Source: Hydrurus foetidus
Taxonomy: Eukaryota
NCBI GenBank assembly: GCA_900617105.1
Contig: UYFQ01000154.1
Span: 62,001-126,000, forward strand
Length of the DNA: 64,000 nucleotides
Direction: 5' to 3'
The position numbers and the translations under genes are program-made. Each line of letters starts with the position of its first letter. Within the stretch, counting starts at the first letter, position 1. The notes beneath the pieces are model-generated. The model did not search any database. It saw nothing but the letters and a program-made list of their open reading frames with translations, and was not told the DNA's origin. Positions 27,724-40,672 of the stretch are shown here, piece after piece.

Positions 27724-28785
27724 TCAATCTGAATCTGCATCTAATATGTGAATAAGATCATCTAATATCGATCCAAATACTGCCCCACACACAGAGGGAA
27801 AGGGCCAGGACTGCCACGATTCCCCCCAGTCTAATAAATACGCGGCACTCGATAACAACAGAAAAAACAAAGAATGTGAGTATTGTGGTACCATATAGAA
27901 TGTATCATTTCTTTTCTCTTCTGCGGCGTTTTTTGCTTTTTCTTTACTACAGTTTATTTTGGAATTTGTCTTAACAGAATTTTCATACTGAATTTTGATG
28001 TATTCCGTATTATTTAAATCTGTGATATCTTCCTTGATAAGATTGTTCACATCCATAATATCTTCATCCTCGATTTCATTTTTATTTTCAATACTATCCT
28101 TATACGCATTCTTGATATTACTACAATTAGCTCCGCTTGTCCTCATCTTTTTACTAGGGTTTTCATTCTTAGTAATTCCGTTTTTGAATTTGTTTTTGCT
28201 TTTCATTCGGCTCTCATTATTTTGGGCTACATCTTTTTGGATAACTTTGTGATCAAGAATACCTTTCCTCTCACCATGATATTTTGTTCTAATACTACTA
28301 CTTGTTCCATTGTCTCTTTCCTCAAGACTGCTCTTTCCATCGTCACAAGAATTTTCATCACTACCGTGAAGGCTCTCATGTGGATGCACATCGCTTCCAT
28401 CATCAGTTTTATCATCGACTTTATCTTCTTTCAGGAGGCTGATATAGGAATATTTCGACGTCAAGAGCAGCAGATAGTTTACGATCGCACAGTTGCTTTG
28501 TAGCCCATCAATACTCAAGGATAGTGGTGCTCCAAGACACCAAGCAAGAAAGAAGAAAAAGAAGAACGACTGAGTATACAACGCCAGCAGCGACCCAAAA
28601 CTCTTTCGAATACCAAAGACTTCAATACTGTTGAGAAAGATAATGATCTCAGAAAAATGTAGGCATTGAAAGAATATCTGTATCGACGCCGAATCAAAAG
28701 ATTTCCCAGCAACGTCGAATACCGCTGTAGAGAATACGACAACACGTAGAGAGAGCAAGAATATTCGTAACGATGATCTCCTCAT
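27724..28785 (-). CDS. PIGF: GPI biosynthesis protein PIG-F/Gpi11-like with a large hydrophilic insertion
   Basis: Single ORF with hydrophobic segments. FFLAWCLGAPL and LLDWGESWQSWPFPSVCGAVFG match the PIG-F motifs LFGAP and LDWxxxWQxWP. First ATG is at 28785. Confidence 0.8.
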   Translation of the reverse strand: MRRSSLRIFLLSLRVVVFSTAVFDVAGKSFDSASIQIFFQCLHFSEIIIFLNSIEVFGIRKSFGSLLALYTQSFFFFFFLAWCLGAPLSLSIDGLQSNCAIVNYLLLLTSKYSYISLLKEDKVDDKTDDGSDVHPHESLHGSDENSCDDGKSSLEERDNGTSSSIRTKYHGERKGILDHKVIQKDVAQNNESRMKSKNKFKNGITKNENPSKKMRTSGANCSNIKNAYKDSIENKNEIEDEDIMDVNNLIKEDITDLNNTEYIKIQYENSVKTNSKINCSKEKAKNAAEEKRNDTFYMVPQYSHSLFFLLLSSAAYLLDWGESWQSWPFPSVCGAVFGSILDDLIHILDADSD

Positions 28786-29231
28786 CTTTTTGAGTAGTTC
28801 ACAACAGTTACATAAGATGTAGAAAGCCGTCTCGACATAGCCACTCGAAGGAGTTTCAGTCAATAGTTGTCCCCTTATATTTCGGATAGGTGCCGTTAGC
28901 TACCCATGCAAGAGAAGCAGAATTTGCACTCCAAATTCGCACTCTGAGATGGCATGCTTCAATTCAAATATTTTTTCCTACAGCTAGCACATTAAGCAGT
29001 CCAACTCTCCTCGAAGTGTTGATCCCAGCAAACATATCTCTACTGCCTCCTTTATCTTGGAGTTTAAAGCGAAAGCCTACCACCTCAAGTTCGCACAAAA
29101 ATTCAAATTATTGTGCCTGTCAAAGCTCAATATTCAAATTTTTGAAAAATGACTGGGATTCCTCGACAACTTTGTATCTTATGATAGAAAGGTGACTTCA
29201 TAGCATCTAAACTCTTCGGCATCTTACCTCA

Positions 29232-30292
29232 ATGTCTACTGAGTTGAGTGAGTATGAGAAAATTCGTCAGAAGAATATCCTGAGAAATGACGTCTTTCTG
29301 AAATCGATTGGTCTTGCAACAGTGACTGAAAAAATAGCAATTGAGCAAAGCGATTTGATCAAAAGCTCTTCTTCTTCAAAGAGAGTCCGTAAGTCAACTT
29401 CAACGGAAGTTGTCCCTGTCCGGCGGTCAACGAGAGCAACACCAGGATCTCAGAATGTATCGTCCATTGGGAACGACAGTGGTGACAGCGACCTACCAGA
29501 CCCTCTCCCTTTGTTCGATAAGAAAGATGTCACATTGAAACGCAAACAGACCGACAAAAGGGATAGCACATGCGACTCGGAGGAATGGGGTAGCAGAATA
29601 TCGGTGACAGCCCAAGATCTGAGGATGTATTTGCTCATTTCAAATCCGAAGCACAACGACATGATTAAAAATCAAGTAAGTCAGCGTGAAAGTACATTCT
29701 TACATCATGGCATCGAATGTATCTCGTGGATTCTCGTGAATTATCGCTAGCAAGCAATGTTTCCGGATATAATTTGAGAGCTATAGCGATTATAGTACGC
29801 AAAAATCTACTAGTTATGATCACAATAGCGTTACCACTTGACTGGTACTCGAATCGTCCAGCCACTACGCTCTACCTATTTCTTCTACTTGTATTAAGAA
29901 ATCATCCTCATCTAATAAATTGACGAGGCTATGATTATCATTCTAAAATAAGACATGATTATTGTCCCTAACAGGATATAACAAATTGCACGGACCGTAT
30001 GAGTTACATGAGCAGTGACGCGCTCACAACACGAATAAAAGCAATATCATCCGGAAAAGGAGAACAATCAAAAATAAAAATGCTGACTTTTTACTACGCT
30101 TTGCAAGCAGGGAATCTACTTTCCCTCGCGGCATATTCTTTGGAAATGATCGAAAAAATGGACCAAAATCTGTATTTTGAGTTAACAAATGGTTTGCGGT
30201 TGCCACCAGAGCGTACTGACTATTGCTCGATTGAAATTAAAGATGAAAACAATTTAGATGTGAGAAACAGCAAGCAAGATGATACTATCTAA
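29232..30292 (+). CDS. Hypothetical protein, probably nuclear
   Basis: Exons 29232-29675 (GTAAGT donor) and 29975-30292 are in frame. The N-terminal LSEYEKIRQKNILRN..LKSIGL and PVRRSTR resemble the N-termini of WDR76/Cmr1- and CDCA7-type proteins. Confidence 0.65.
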
Positions 30293-31263
30293 AATGATGG
30301 AATAGAAGTAATACATGATTCTACTGACTACGATTTGATGAAAAATGATGAGGAGAAAAATCGAATATCTAACAGTTTATTAAATTTCAAATCTGGTGCA
30401 GACATCAGCACTGGTGAGTAGTGTAGATTCTATGAGCGAAATTACAACCAAACAAATATGGCGAGATGCCTTTTATTGTGTCCCAGGTAAATACGTTCAT
30501 AAATACAAAAACACTAAAACATGAAAATGAAACAAGAATCGATGCGTAATCATATGAAATGGAAGCTATGACGATCACAGAAACGGAAACAAAGACTCTA
30601 TTTCAGATAATACATATTCAAGAACAAGAATAAAAATGAAAATATAAAAATAGATAAATACAGTTTTTAATGAATACAAACACAAACGCAGATACAATTA
30701 CAAATGCAATAACAATAACAATAACAATAACAGATGCATATACATGCACACATACTGATAAAAACACAGAATGAAAAATACAAATAAAAACAGTCACCAT
30801 CCCAAGGATGTATACACATGAATTGGAAGAGGGACTTGTAAGCAATTTGTCAATGAATGCTAAGAGGAGGGAGAAACATTATCTTTGTATTTACGAATCG
30901 ACCTTATAAGCCGACCCACAACCATTTGATTTAGATACCTAGAACACTTCCAATTTTTAACATTGAACTTGTTGCTTTTACCACCCTCACAACATTTTCG
31001 AAATTGTAACAACCCTCACAACATTTTCTTATACGGATTTTCCATCAAAAATCGAAGAATTTTAATCGCAAGATCCGTCTGATGTGACACGTATCTATTT
31101 CGTCACTTAATTTTAAGAGAAAAAGTGACAGACTACAAATACCTGTGATTATTTGGAATATTTTAGATATCAGTTTACTAGTGTTGGATAGATGCAGTGG
31201 TGCTCGAAGACTAAATGTCCATTATGATTGGGACCGAAATGTGATTCGAGAGATCAATCTGTG

Positions 31264-31348
31264 TATTACGGGAGCAGAATAAAATGGTATGTTTTTAGCA
31301 TGGAGCCCCTATACTAAACAGGAACCTTTTTATTCTGCTCCCCTAATA
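31264..31348. repeat. 85-bp inverted repeat (mini-MITE-like, TA-flanked)
   Basis: TATTACGGGAGCAGAATAAAA versus TTTTATTCTGCTCCCCTAATA: one mismatch in 21 bp, with further partial pairing inside. Confidence 0.7.
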
Positions 31349-31995
31349 TATAAATTACAGACTCTTTAGTTATTTCCTTTTCATTTTTTATCTTACTGTT
31401 ATAGATTTTTCTCTGAATTTAGAACCAATAGCATTGAATGATTTGAAGGTTAAGCGGTGAGAATCTCATCTTATGAAGCCGCGAATTACTCTGCATTTGA
31501 CACTGTTGTCTTAATATTGAAGGAACTGAATTATGGATCTCCGAATATGTCCCTCTTCAGTGTAGCATGCAGTTCGAAGTCCGCAAGAACAGTATTAAGT
31601 CCTCTATTGAAAAAGTTTCTAAAAGGAAGATCAGTCTGTAAAGTACCGTGGAGTGATAACTATAATGCAGTAGCTCCAGATAGCGATATTGATGAAATGC
31701 TTTGAAAGGGAATGATTGATAGTTGTGAAGACCAGGTCTCAGAGAAAGTTCCTTAAATTAGGTCAATCATCAGTAAATTCGGTGCAGAATCAATTAAATG
31801 AAACCTCCGCTTGTAAAATCTGAGCACCGCTCTGCAAAATTACATCACCAACTACTCCACTATCATCAGATTCTTGCTGTTATCTCTTACGGGGCTGACC
31901 CTCTGAGCGTTCCGCGTAGTCTTGCGGCGCATGAATCCTGTTTATGAGATAAATACACTCCTTCAAACTGCTTAGTAATCGAAATTCTCCAACAA

Positions 31996-32406
31996 ATGGT
32001 CAGTATCGTTGCATGCTGCGGCGCCCTCTTGCTATCAAGCATAACCTCTCTCGCTTTTGCTCAAAATGCAACGGTTCAAAATACAACGGCTCCATCAAGT
32101 CCACCGACGGCAGCGCCAACCTATGGTCCCGCAAGCGAATCAGTTGTAAAGCTGATTATGTTGAACACGCTTGGAGGCATAGTGATTATTCTCGTATTTT
32201 ATTTCTTCTCGGGTCACTATCTTTACAAAAGTGACGTCCACGCACGATTACATAAGTCCCTATCTCCCAGTAGCCAAGCACAGACCAGCCAAGCACAGAC
32301 CAGCCAAGCACAGACCAGCCAAGCACAGAGTGGCCCAAGAACAATACCGCCGGAAAGAGGTGTCACAGAACGGTCACCACTTTTAGATGTTGAAGACATG
32401 TTATAG
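31996..32406 (+). CDS. Small type I membrane protein of unknown function
   Basis: Intronless 136-aa ORF. It has a signal peptide ending AFA-Q, an NAT/NTT sequon and Pro/Thr-rich ectodomain, one TM helix (LIMLNTLGGIVIILVFYFF), ~4 SQAQT repeats and a C-terminal ERSPLL. Confidence 0.75.
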   Translation: MVSIVACCGALLLSSITSLAFAQNATVQNTTAPSSPPTAAPTYGPASESVVKLIMLNTLGGIVIILVFYFFSGHYLYKSDVHARLHKSLSPSSQAQTSQAQTSQAQTSQAQSGPRTIPPERGVTERSPLLDVEDML

Positions 32407-33075
32407 CTTTATATCTCTCGATGCCGTTGTTATAAACGGCTTTTTAAATGATCATTATGTATATGCTGTTGATGGTATCATGTAACTGAAGCCCTGTTTG
32501 CGTCCGCTTTACCGCCATTCTTTTATGCGAGTTCTCGCAATGCTTTCGACGAACAAAATCATGGTGGAGATTTTTTTATTTCTGAATGAAATAAATCATT
32601 GCCGAGGCACTCAAAAACTCACCTCGACTTCAGTTCTTCGTATTGGCTTTCGAGATCATGACCAACAATTCATCTTGCATGAAAAAGATTTATGTGTTTT
32701 TGAATAACACTGACTCCTGAACTCCAACACTAGACTCGGAAAGTACGTATGTTACTTTCATGACCAAGCAGAAAGCAGAAATAAGATTATTCTCGACTTA
32801 AGAAAATATCTACGACATATGCCTGATGGCTCAAGCGTCAAAAATACATTTACCCTGTATCCTACAGATTTCTTCGCGATGAAAACGATTTGAGATGGAA
32901 GTAAATTGCACTATGTACGGCTGTATATCATCTTGCATTGATAGTGATTTATTATTCCCATCGAAGTATAGTGCTACTGAATGAACGTGTTGTCTCATAA
33001 GAAAGTAACCATTTTACGTGTGTGCCAGGATTGCTTACACAGCTCCTACAGATCTGGACAAATATGCGTCATCAC

Positions 33076-33618
33076 TAGGGCTGCTTGCCCACTCCGAATT
33101 AGCCGCGGCAAGTTGCCGCCCGGCCCAAATTTCAGCGGCTAGTTGCCGACTTTTCAACTGTGTTAATTAGGACTATATTGAGCTCTACATATCGAATTCA
33201 TGCCCGTACAAAACTGTTTTAAGTCTAATATTGCAATGATAGTGATTAATATCTTTATTTCACACGACTTTCATATGATCATAATTGTAGATGCGACGTC
33301 ATTCACTGAGGAATCACTCGTTCTCATCATCATCAGTTATTTTTCACGATGAGCAATAAACACTTCTTGAGAACGCAATGCTAAGCTATACCATATAACA
33401 CCATACTTTACTACAGCATAATTCATAATTCACTATAATATTCTATTTTTTATAGCAGTATGCTATTCTTCATCCTTAAGTATGAGTGCTAATATTGTTA
33501 CTTGCCGTACTTGCCACCGGCAAGTTGCCGGCGGCAACAGCGGCAAGTGTCTCTGTATAAACTGGCGGCAAATCGGCAACTTGACGCCGACCCCCATCTG
33601 AGTCGGCAAGCAGCCCTA
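33076..33618. mobile_element. Non-autonomous hAT DNA transposon (543 bp)
   Basis: 19-bp TIRs TAGGGCTGCTTGCC(C/G)ACTC with 1 mismatch. Perfect 8-bp TSD GTCATCAC at 33068-33075 and 33619-33626. Subterminal GGCAAGTTGCCG-like repeats at both ends and no ORF. Confidence 0.93.
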
Positions 33619-34307
33619 GTCATCACTATAATCTAGAATAAACAATAAACGCTATTTCCATAGAGCAAATTCTCTATGGTTGAAATTCTAATGAGGGTAA
33701 AGGTGGGTTGGGGGAGCGGATGCGCACAAAATTCAAAATTTGAATAATTATTTCAATATCACGGAAATAGTTCTTCTTCCTCTCATTCGCCCCATCGAGA
33801 TTTCCATACAAATTGCAACAGAATCTACCTTGGCGCTGCCTTCGGAATTCAGAATTGGTACTTATCACCTTAATGAATAATTTCTACTGATCACACTTTT
33901 CTTTGAAAAACTTCCGAACAAAAAACTAAGAAGATCGACACAATAATATTTTTTCAAAACATTGAAAACATTAAATGTGTCTGACAGTTATTGTTCTGTC
34001 ATCGTCGCATCGTAGCAGTTGAATTGAAAGCTACTGTTATTGCTTCTTGCATGCACCATCAAGCTCCATGCAAATGCTGCATGCAACGGACAGCTGTTGA
34101 GATTCTGCGCCACAGTCGTCATCTTACGTCACCTTCTCTTCTCGGCCGCAGATTCAAAGTACTTCTTGCTCATCGTACTTCTTGCTCACAGCAATCTCAG
34201 CAAAATAACAAGCCTCTCACTATGACAGGCAAACAGATATAACTGCGCGCCCTCTACAACACGACTTTGAACTAATTGTTATTGCTGAATTCATACAATT
34301 GCTTGCG

Positions 34308-35487
34308 ATGCCGTCAAATATCGCTATGTCACTTACATCGAACCAGCTTGGAGTACGTCTGTGTCTGCTACTTTTGCTACATCTGATATTACTATGCAGT
34401 AGTTTCCAACCTGGTCACTTCTCAAACTCCCGTAGATGCAGTCTTGGGACAACAAGCAGAACAGCCCTTTTTGTTAGGAATGTTGGTGTGCATTTGAAGA
34501 TGGATTCTGATCGAGATAGCGCTCTATCAACCGCAGATGTAGAAAACGATGAAGAAGATGTTCTTGAGTTTAATGATGAAATTGGAAGAAGTAATGAAAC
34601 AGAGGACACTTCAGGACTGCCCAAGTGTTACGTCATTATTAGTAATTTACAGAGTGGCAGCAATATTGGGAGTATTTGCAGAAATGCTCTGGCATTCAAT
34701 GTGCATGAAGTAATAGTCGTAGGAAGAAAAGGATTCAGAGACAAAATGCGCAATGCTGACAGAGGTGCAAAAAGAAGACAGACTTTTGTGCATTTTAATT
34801 CAGTTGCTGAGGCTGCTGTGTACTTGAAAGAAGAAAGAAATTGTTCTATAGTGGGAGTGGAGATTATGGATTCTGCGGTGAGAAAAGTTCCGAGTTCCTC
34901 ATCGTCCATGTTCTTTTTCTTCTGCCATTTATAAATTTCCAACACACAAAAATCTGATAGTAGTAATACTATATCTAGAAACTACTTCACCTGAATGATA
35001 CTGTAAGTAGAAATTAAATGTATTTGTGGAACTGTATTATACATAAATCTGATTATCTTTTAATTTATCCGCTCCACAGGTTTCACTGACATCTCACCCA
35101 TTCACAAATGCAACGGCATTCATGTTCGGTAATGAAGGTAAAAAAGTCGTCTACTGCTGTGTAGATTTATGAGATGATTCACCGAGCTGTATTTTACTGT
35201 AAAAACATATTTTGTAATTTAAACAAATGAAACAAATCTCTAGGAAATCACTTGAAATTGATTCTTAGATGTCATTACGTAGCACTGGATATATTCCATA
35301 CCGAAGCTGTGTAATCAATATGCGGTACCTTACCGTTCAAATTAAACACGCACTTATACATAAATTTATTTCACGTACAGATGCACACTTTTTGTAACCC
35401 AAACATTCCCATGTGCATGTCTACATGTCTACTCACACCAACAAACATTCTCACGTATGCAAACACACGCACACTCCTCCCCCCTCC

Positions 35488-35520
<33 letters not shown>

Positions 35521-35711
35521 TTATATATTTAGGTGGTGGACTATCTGAGCGTCAACGGAGCGTATGCGACACATTCACGTACATCCCTCAGTACGCCTCA
35601 GGGGGAATGGCGTCCATCAATGTCGCGTGTGCCTCAGCAGTTGTTCTGCAGACATTCGCTGTGTGGGCTAAATTTGGAGAGACTCAACGAATTGGAGAAA
35701 AATTCGTGTAG
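34308..35711 (+). CDS. SpoU/TrmH-family (SPOUT) tRNA/rRNA 2'-O-methyltransferase, probably plastid-targeted
   Basis: Exons 34308-34877, 35080-35137 and 35533-35711. Motifs NLQSGSNIGSICRNALAF, IVGVEI, FMFGNEGGGL and YIPQY...SINVACAS. The signal peptide ends CSS-FQP. The start could be 34326. Confidence 0.92.
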
Positions 35712-36534
35712 ATGTGTACTCTGTTTTTCTGTTCTATACTGAGGTGAAGGCATCTTGTCCGCACGGTAGTATACGTACAAGATTGTCATAGACTGCATGC
35801 GATAGAGATATGCCTTTTTCACAACACTGATATAGATTATGATGAGTTGTTTTTTTCTCAAAACAGTCAGACTTACAATTTTTGTATATATTTGTTCTAT
35901 AATCTTTTTATAAACTTGAAGATCGATGTATTTTTTCTTTCAAGTAAGAATAGGAAAATGTTGATGAAACATCTTCACCGATTCTTTAATTGACTGCGCA
36001 CAACTTTGTTCTTTATCCCTTGTTCATCATGGAAAGATGCGTGGATAAGGGATCATCTTGTGAGATGATGTGATTCCTGCACTGATTAAAGTGATAGCTG
36101 CGTAATAAAGGGCGATTTCAGTTATTCCCCAAACTGACGTTGATAATGGAAGGGAAAATCGTTTTCTAACAAACCTACTTACTACACATATGAAATGATC
36201 ACGTCATCATCGGAATTCTTTTCTGAACGAACACTACGGTTTCATTTCACAGTATAGCGTACTTACGCAGTTCGGAGTCGGAACGGACTCTACAGAATAC
36301 AGAAGAAAGTCAGAGAGGCGACAAATAAAAAACAAATGGAACAAAATAGAAGAGAAGAGTTCGAGATGCTCAACTGTGACCTTTCACATTGAGGAAAGTG
36401 GGGTGAATATTCAATATTGTCAATTTGCGGAAACTAGTTACAACAGTTACAGAGATCTCCACGCTAATCGGCTAGGTTTCATCGCAGATTTACGGAGCTG
36501 AGAAGTATTCTTAACAAACAAGAAACACTCTGCA

Positions 36535-37706
36535 ATGAGTGAAATTACAGTTTACATCAAAAGCAGTAACGCTGATCGTACAGAGGTTTTGGCAGAGCCA
36601 ACGATGACCATTCTGGAGTTCAAAGAGAAAATTGCTGAGAAAATATCAATCGAGCCTGCTTCTCAGAGGCTCATCTACAAAGGTCGTGTCTTGAAAGATG
36701 AATGTACACTAAAGTTCTACGATGTTCAAGACGGTCAGACAATCCACCTCGTTAAAGGAGGTGCTAGCAGTAGCACGACCACAGGAGCGACTCCTGCTGT
36801 TCCCGTCGCAGCACCTTCTTCTGCATCAGCCAATCCAATGCTCGGTATGGGAGGTTTCGGAGGAGCCAATCCATTCCAGGGAAACATGGGCGGTCCTGGC
36901 GGGATGCCTGGCATGCCTGCGGGGATGACACCGGAGATGATGAGTCAGATGATGAACAACCCGATGATGGACAGCCTTATGAGCAACCCAGATATGCTTC
37001 GGAATCTGATTGTGAACAACCCACAGATGCAGAGCATGCTCGACAGCAATCCTCAAATAAGACATGTTCTTAACGACCCAGCGGTGCGTCTCAATTGTTA
37101 CAACAGATTTCGTATCATCTGCAAATCTTTTTGACCGCTTTGAAATGTAATGCATGCATCTGCTCACGTATTTCCTCCTGCGTATTTTATAATGTCTACG
37201 TTACACTAATACGGCAATAAATTACACTCCTACGAATTAGATGTTGCGCCAAACAATGGAAATGATGAGAAATCCCAACGCCATGCAACAAGCCATGCGA
37301 TCCCAGGACCTCGCGATAAGTCAGATCGAGAACCTTCCTGGAGGATTCAGCGCTCTGAGAAGAATGTATGAAGAGGTAACTATAATCGGTTAGTTACTTC
37401 TGCAATTTATGACGATTTAAGAAGGATGTATGAAAACAATGATATTTTATTTTCGATTATTAGTCCCGCTTGCATGCATCAAAGTGAAATTCACTCAGGA
37501 TTGAGTCATAAATTTGTCCAATGCAAAATGTGTCCGCTAACTTCTTATATTGTTTGCTATTTTTGTAACTTGAGGTATATTGATTTCATCTTTACAAATT
37601 CGGGTGTAAGTTGCCCTTCTCTAAAATTTGTTCCATGAATCTCCATGAATTTGTTCCATGAATTTGTTACTTATATTCTTACAATTACGTCCCTCCCAAT
37701 GTTTGT

Positions 37707-37757
<51 letters not shown>

Positions 37758-40672
37758 TTCATTCACTACTATGTTTATTCATGTCTTCATTTATTCAATT
37801 TGATCTCATTAACTCCCACTATTTATCTGAATGCTCATCTGATGTTGTAAAAGTTTCCAAAACAAAAAACAAACAAAAATGTATCAAAATATCCAACATT
37901 GATGTCGGAATGTAGGTCCAAGAACCGATGATGGAAGCGCAGCAGGCGCAAGCAATTCAACAATCTCAATCTCAAAGTCAGAACTCTCTTTGGGGATCAT
38001 CCAACACACCTGCCCCTTCTTCCTCCACTCCAAACAACAGTGCGCTGCCCAATCCGTGGGGGGCGATTCCGGCTAATCCGGCTCAATCTCCATACGGTAA
38101 ACAACTGTTCTTCTGTGTGTGTGTGTATGTGTGTGTGAGAGAGACATAGAGTGAGAGAGAGAGAGTTTGTGTGTGTAAGTATGTGTGAGTGACAGTGTGT
38201 ACCGTGTGTGATAAAGAAGTAGTGTGCGTGTGCGTGTTTGTATGTGTTTTTTTACATACGTACTTTTAGAGGAGGGATAGTTGAGTGTGTGTTCGTTGTG
38301 TACAAATCTATCCTTGTACAAATACGTAAATATTTCTAGTGATTACTTCCATGTATCCCTGTGCATGTGCTTTCTGTATACATCAGATATTGTGCATGTA
38401 CATTTACTTGTCTTATATATGTACGCACACATGTAGTAGAAATTACATCACACAGTAGAATGTCTGTCACACTTATGTACGTATGTCTCGTACTTGCATG
38501 CAAATGTATATATTATTTCTCCCTTCTTTTCAATCACCAATCTCTATTTCTTTCTTTTTCATGACCTCTCCTCATCCCTAGTTACTTTACTTTTCCTTCA
38601 CTTAGCTTTTACATTCCTTTACCTTTCTATTACTTGATTTGACATTTCTTTTCTTTTCTAAACATTAAGGAGGTATGGGAGGCATGGGAATGGGAGGCAT
38701 GCCAAACATGGGAAATATGGGCATGGGAAACATGGGCGGGATGGGAGGGATGGGTGGTATGCCACCTGGTATGGGGGATCCAGCACAGGTAATAAATCGT
38801 ATTTTTTAATCCACAATACAACGCATCGTATGGCACACATTAGATACAATTTCATTCTTTCCTAATATTTCTCTTAGATGGCTGAGATGATGCGAAATCC
38901 GATGATGCAGCAGATGATGCAGCAAATGATGCAAGACCCAAGCATGATCGAACAGGTGACACACACACACATGTACATCGCAGCATCAGCACTACAAATC
39001 GCTTACAGACTGGTTTACGTCTTCGTCAATAACTCCTTCGTCATCAGTATATTTCGCTGTCTTCATCTCCCTCCCTACGCCTTCCTTCCTTTCCTCCTCT
39101 GTTATTCTTTCCTCTGTTACCTCCTATTACTCTCTCTCATTATTCTCTCTTATTCTTTCTGTAATTCCCTCATTCATTCTTATTCTTATTCTCATTCTCT
39201 CTCTCTTCCTCTCTCTCTCTCCCTCCTCCCATCTTCTCTCTTCCTCCCCCTCCTCTCCTCCCTTTCTTCTTCTCCCTTTAACCCTCGCTGCCTCCCCTCT
39301 TCTTGACTAGCAGTCTTATTACGAATCCCTACCGCTGAGAATCAAATGTTACCCGTGATCATCAATTGCCATCAAATTGCCTCTCCCCAAATAATATCAC
39401 CTCAATTCCACTTACTTTCTACTTTTATTGCCTCTCTTTCCTGCAGTCCTCTTATCTCTTTTCAATGAATCTTGCCATCTTCTATCCGTTTCCTCCTCAC
39501 CCTTATTATCTTCTCACTCTTCCTTTGAGAATTTTCACCTTTTACCCGTGATGATCAACAGAGTGTGTTGCAGCTCGCTCAAAACAGACCAGGTGGTCCT
39601 CTAGCCCCCAACTCTGGAATGACCCCTGGGACGGTCCCTAATTGGGGCGCTTTAGGGATGGGTAACGGAATGGGGATGGGCACGAATCCTGCTCAGACAG
39701 GAGGACTGGACTTCAGTGGACTATTCGCACAGGGTGAGAAATTATTTGTTTTTTGAGAGCTTTAGTCTGATGTTATGAAGTCAACTTTCTTAGTGTTTAC
39801 TTTTCTTCATCATTTTTTTGTGCCAAACATACTGCAGAGAATCACTTCTTAAAATCAATCTTTACATGAAATTGAGTGTCGCGCCTCCCTCCATTTCAAA
39901 TGTTGATGCGTTATCGTTAAACTCGGCATGCATTCATTTAATACGGCCAATATTCCGCCATGATTTCTCTTCTTCTACCTTTCCTTCTCTTTCTTTTTCA
40001 CGCTACAATCGCTCGCCCTCTACCCGCACTCCACATACCACACCCACACCATTTTATCGACAACACCCACTCGCACCGCACCTTATCTCACATCTTACCT
40101 TTTCCGCCACAGCACACTACCATATCTCACTCGGTCTCATTTTTATATTTTCTTAGCTGGACAAAGTCCCGGTCAACCCATGTGGAATCAAAATGCAAAC
40201 ACTAATCCCAATCCATATGGCATGCCTCAAATGCCTTCCTTCGCTCCTTCCACCGCCTACTCCCCTCCCGCCGTGGCTGATCCACTCACCACGTATGCAT
40301 CCCAGGTACCGTGCTTACTGGAGAAAACACTTTCCCCCCATACTCATCATTTTCATTACTTCCCTACGGTGTATGACTTTTCCTTTGCGACTACTCATTA
40401 TGCCGCTAAAATGTTTCGCAGAAAAGACAAAATTCACATATTTTTCGTTTTTTTTCCTCTCTGTAATATTCCAACGTACAGTTTTTGTAAATCATTCTCT
40501 ATACTCTTTCTCTCATTCTCCATTTATATTTTCCGTTTTTTAATCATTCATGCCACAGTTGCAGCAGCTACGAGACATGGGGTTCATTAACGACTCAGCG
40601 AACGTACAGGCTCTTGTACGTACAAGCGGCAATGTAAACGCTGCAGTGGAAAGACTGCTAAGTGGCAACTAA
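36535..40672 (+). CDS. DSK2: Ubiquilin / Dsk2 (UBL-STI1-UBA)
   Basis: 8 exons. N-terminal UBL ([12 protein letters not shown]...TIHLVK), Met/Asn/Pro-rich STI1 repeats ([36 protein letters not shown]) and C-terminal UBA ([13 protein letters not shown]...[17 protein letters not shown]). Confidence 0.96.
37706..37759. repeat. (TTTA)n microsatellite
   Basis: Direct reading; intronic. Confidence 0.9.
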
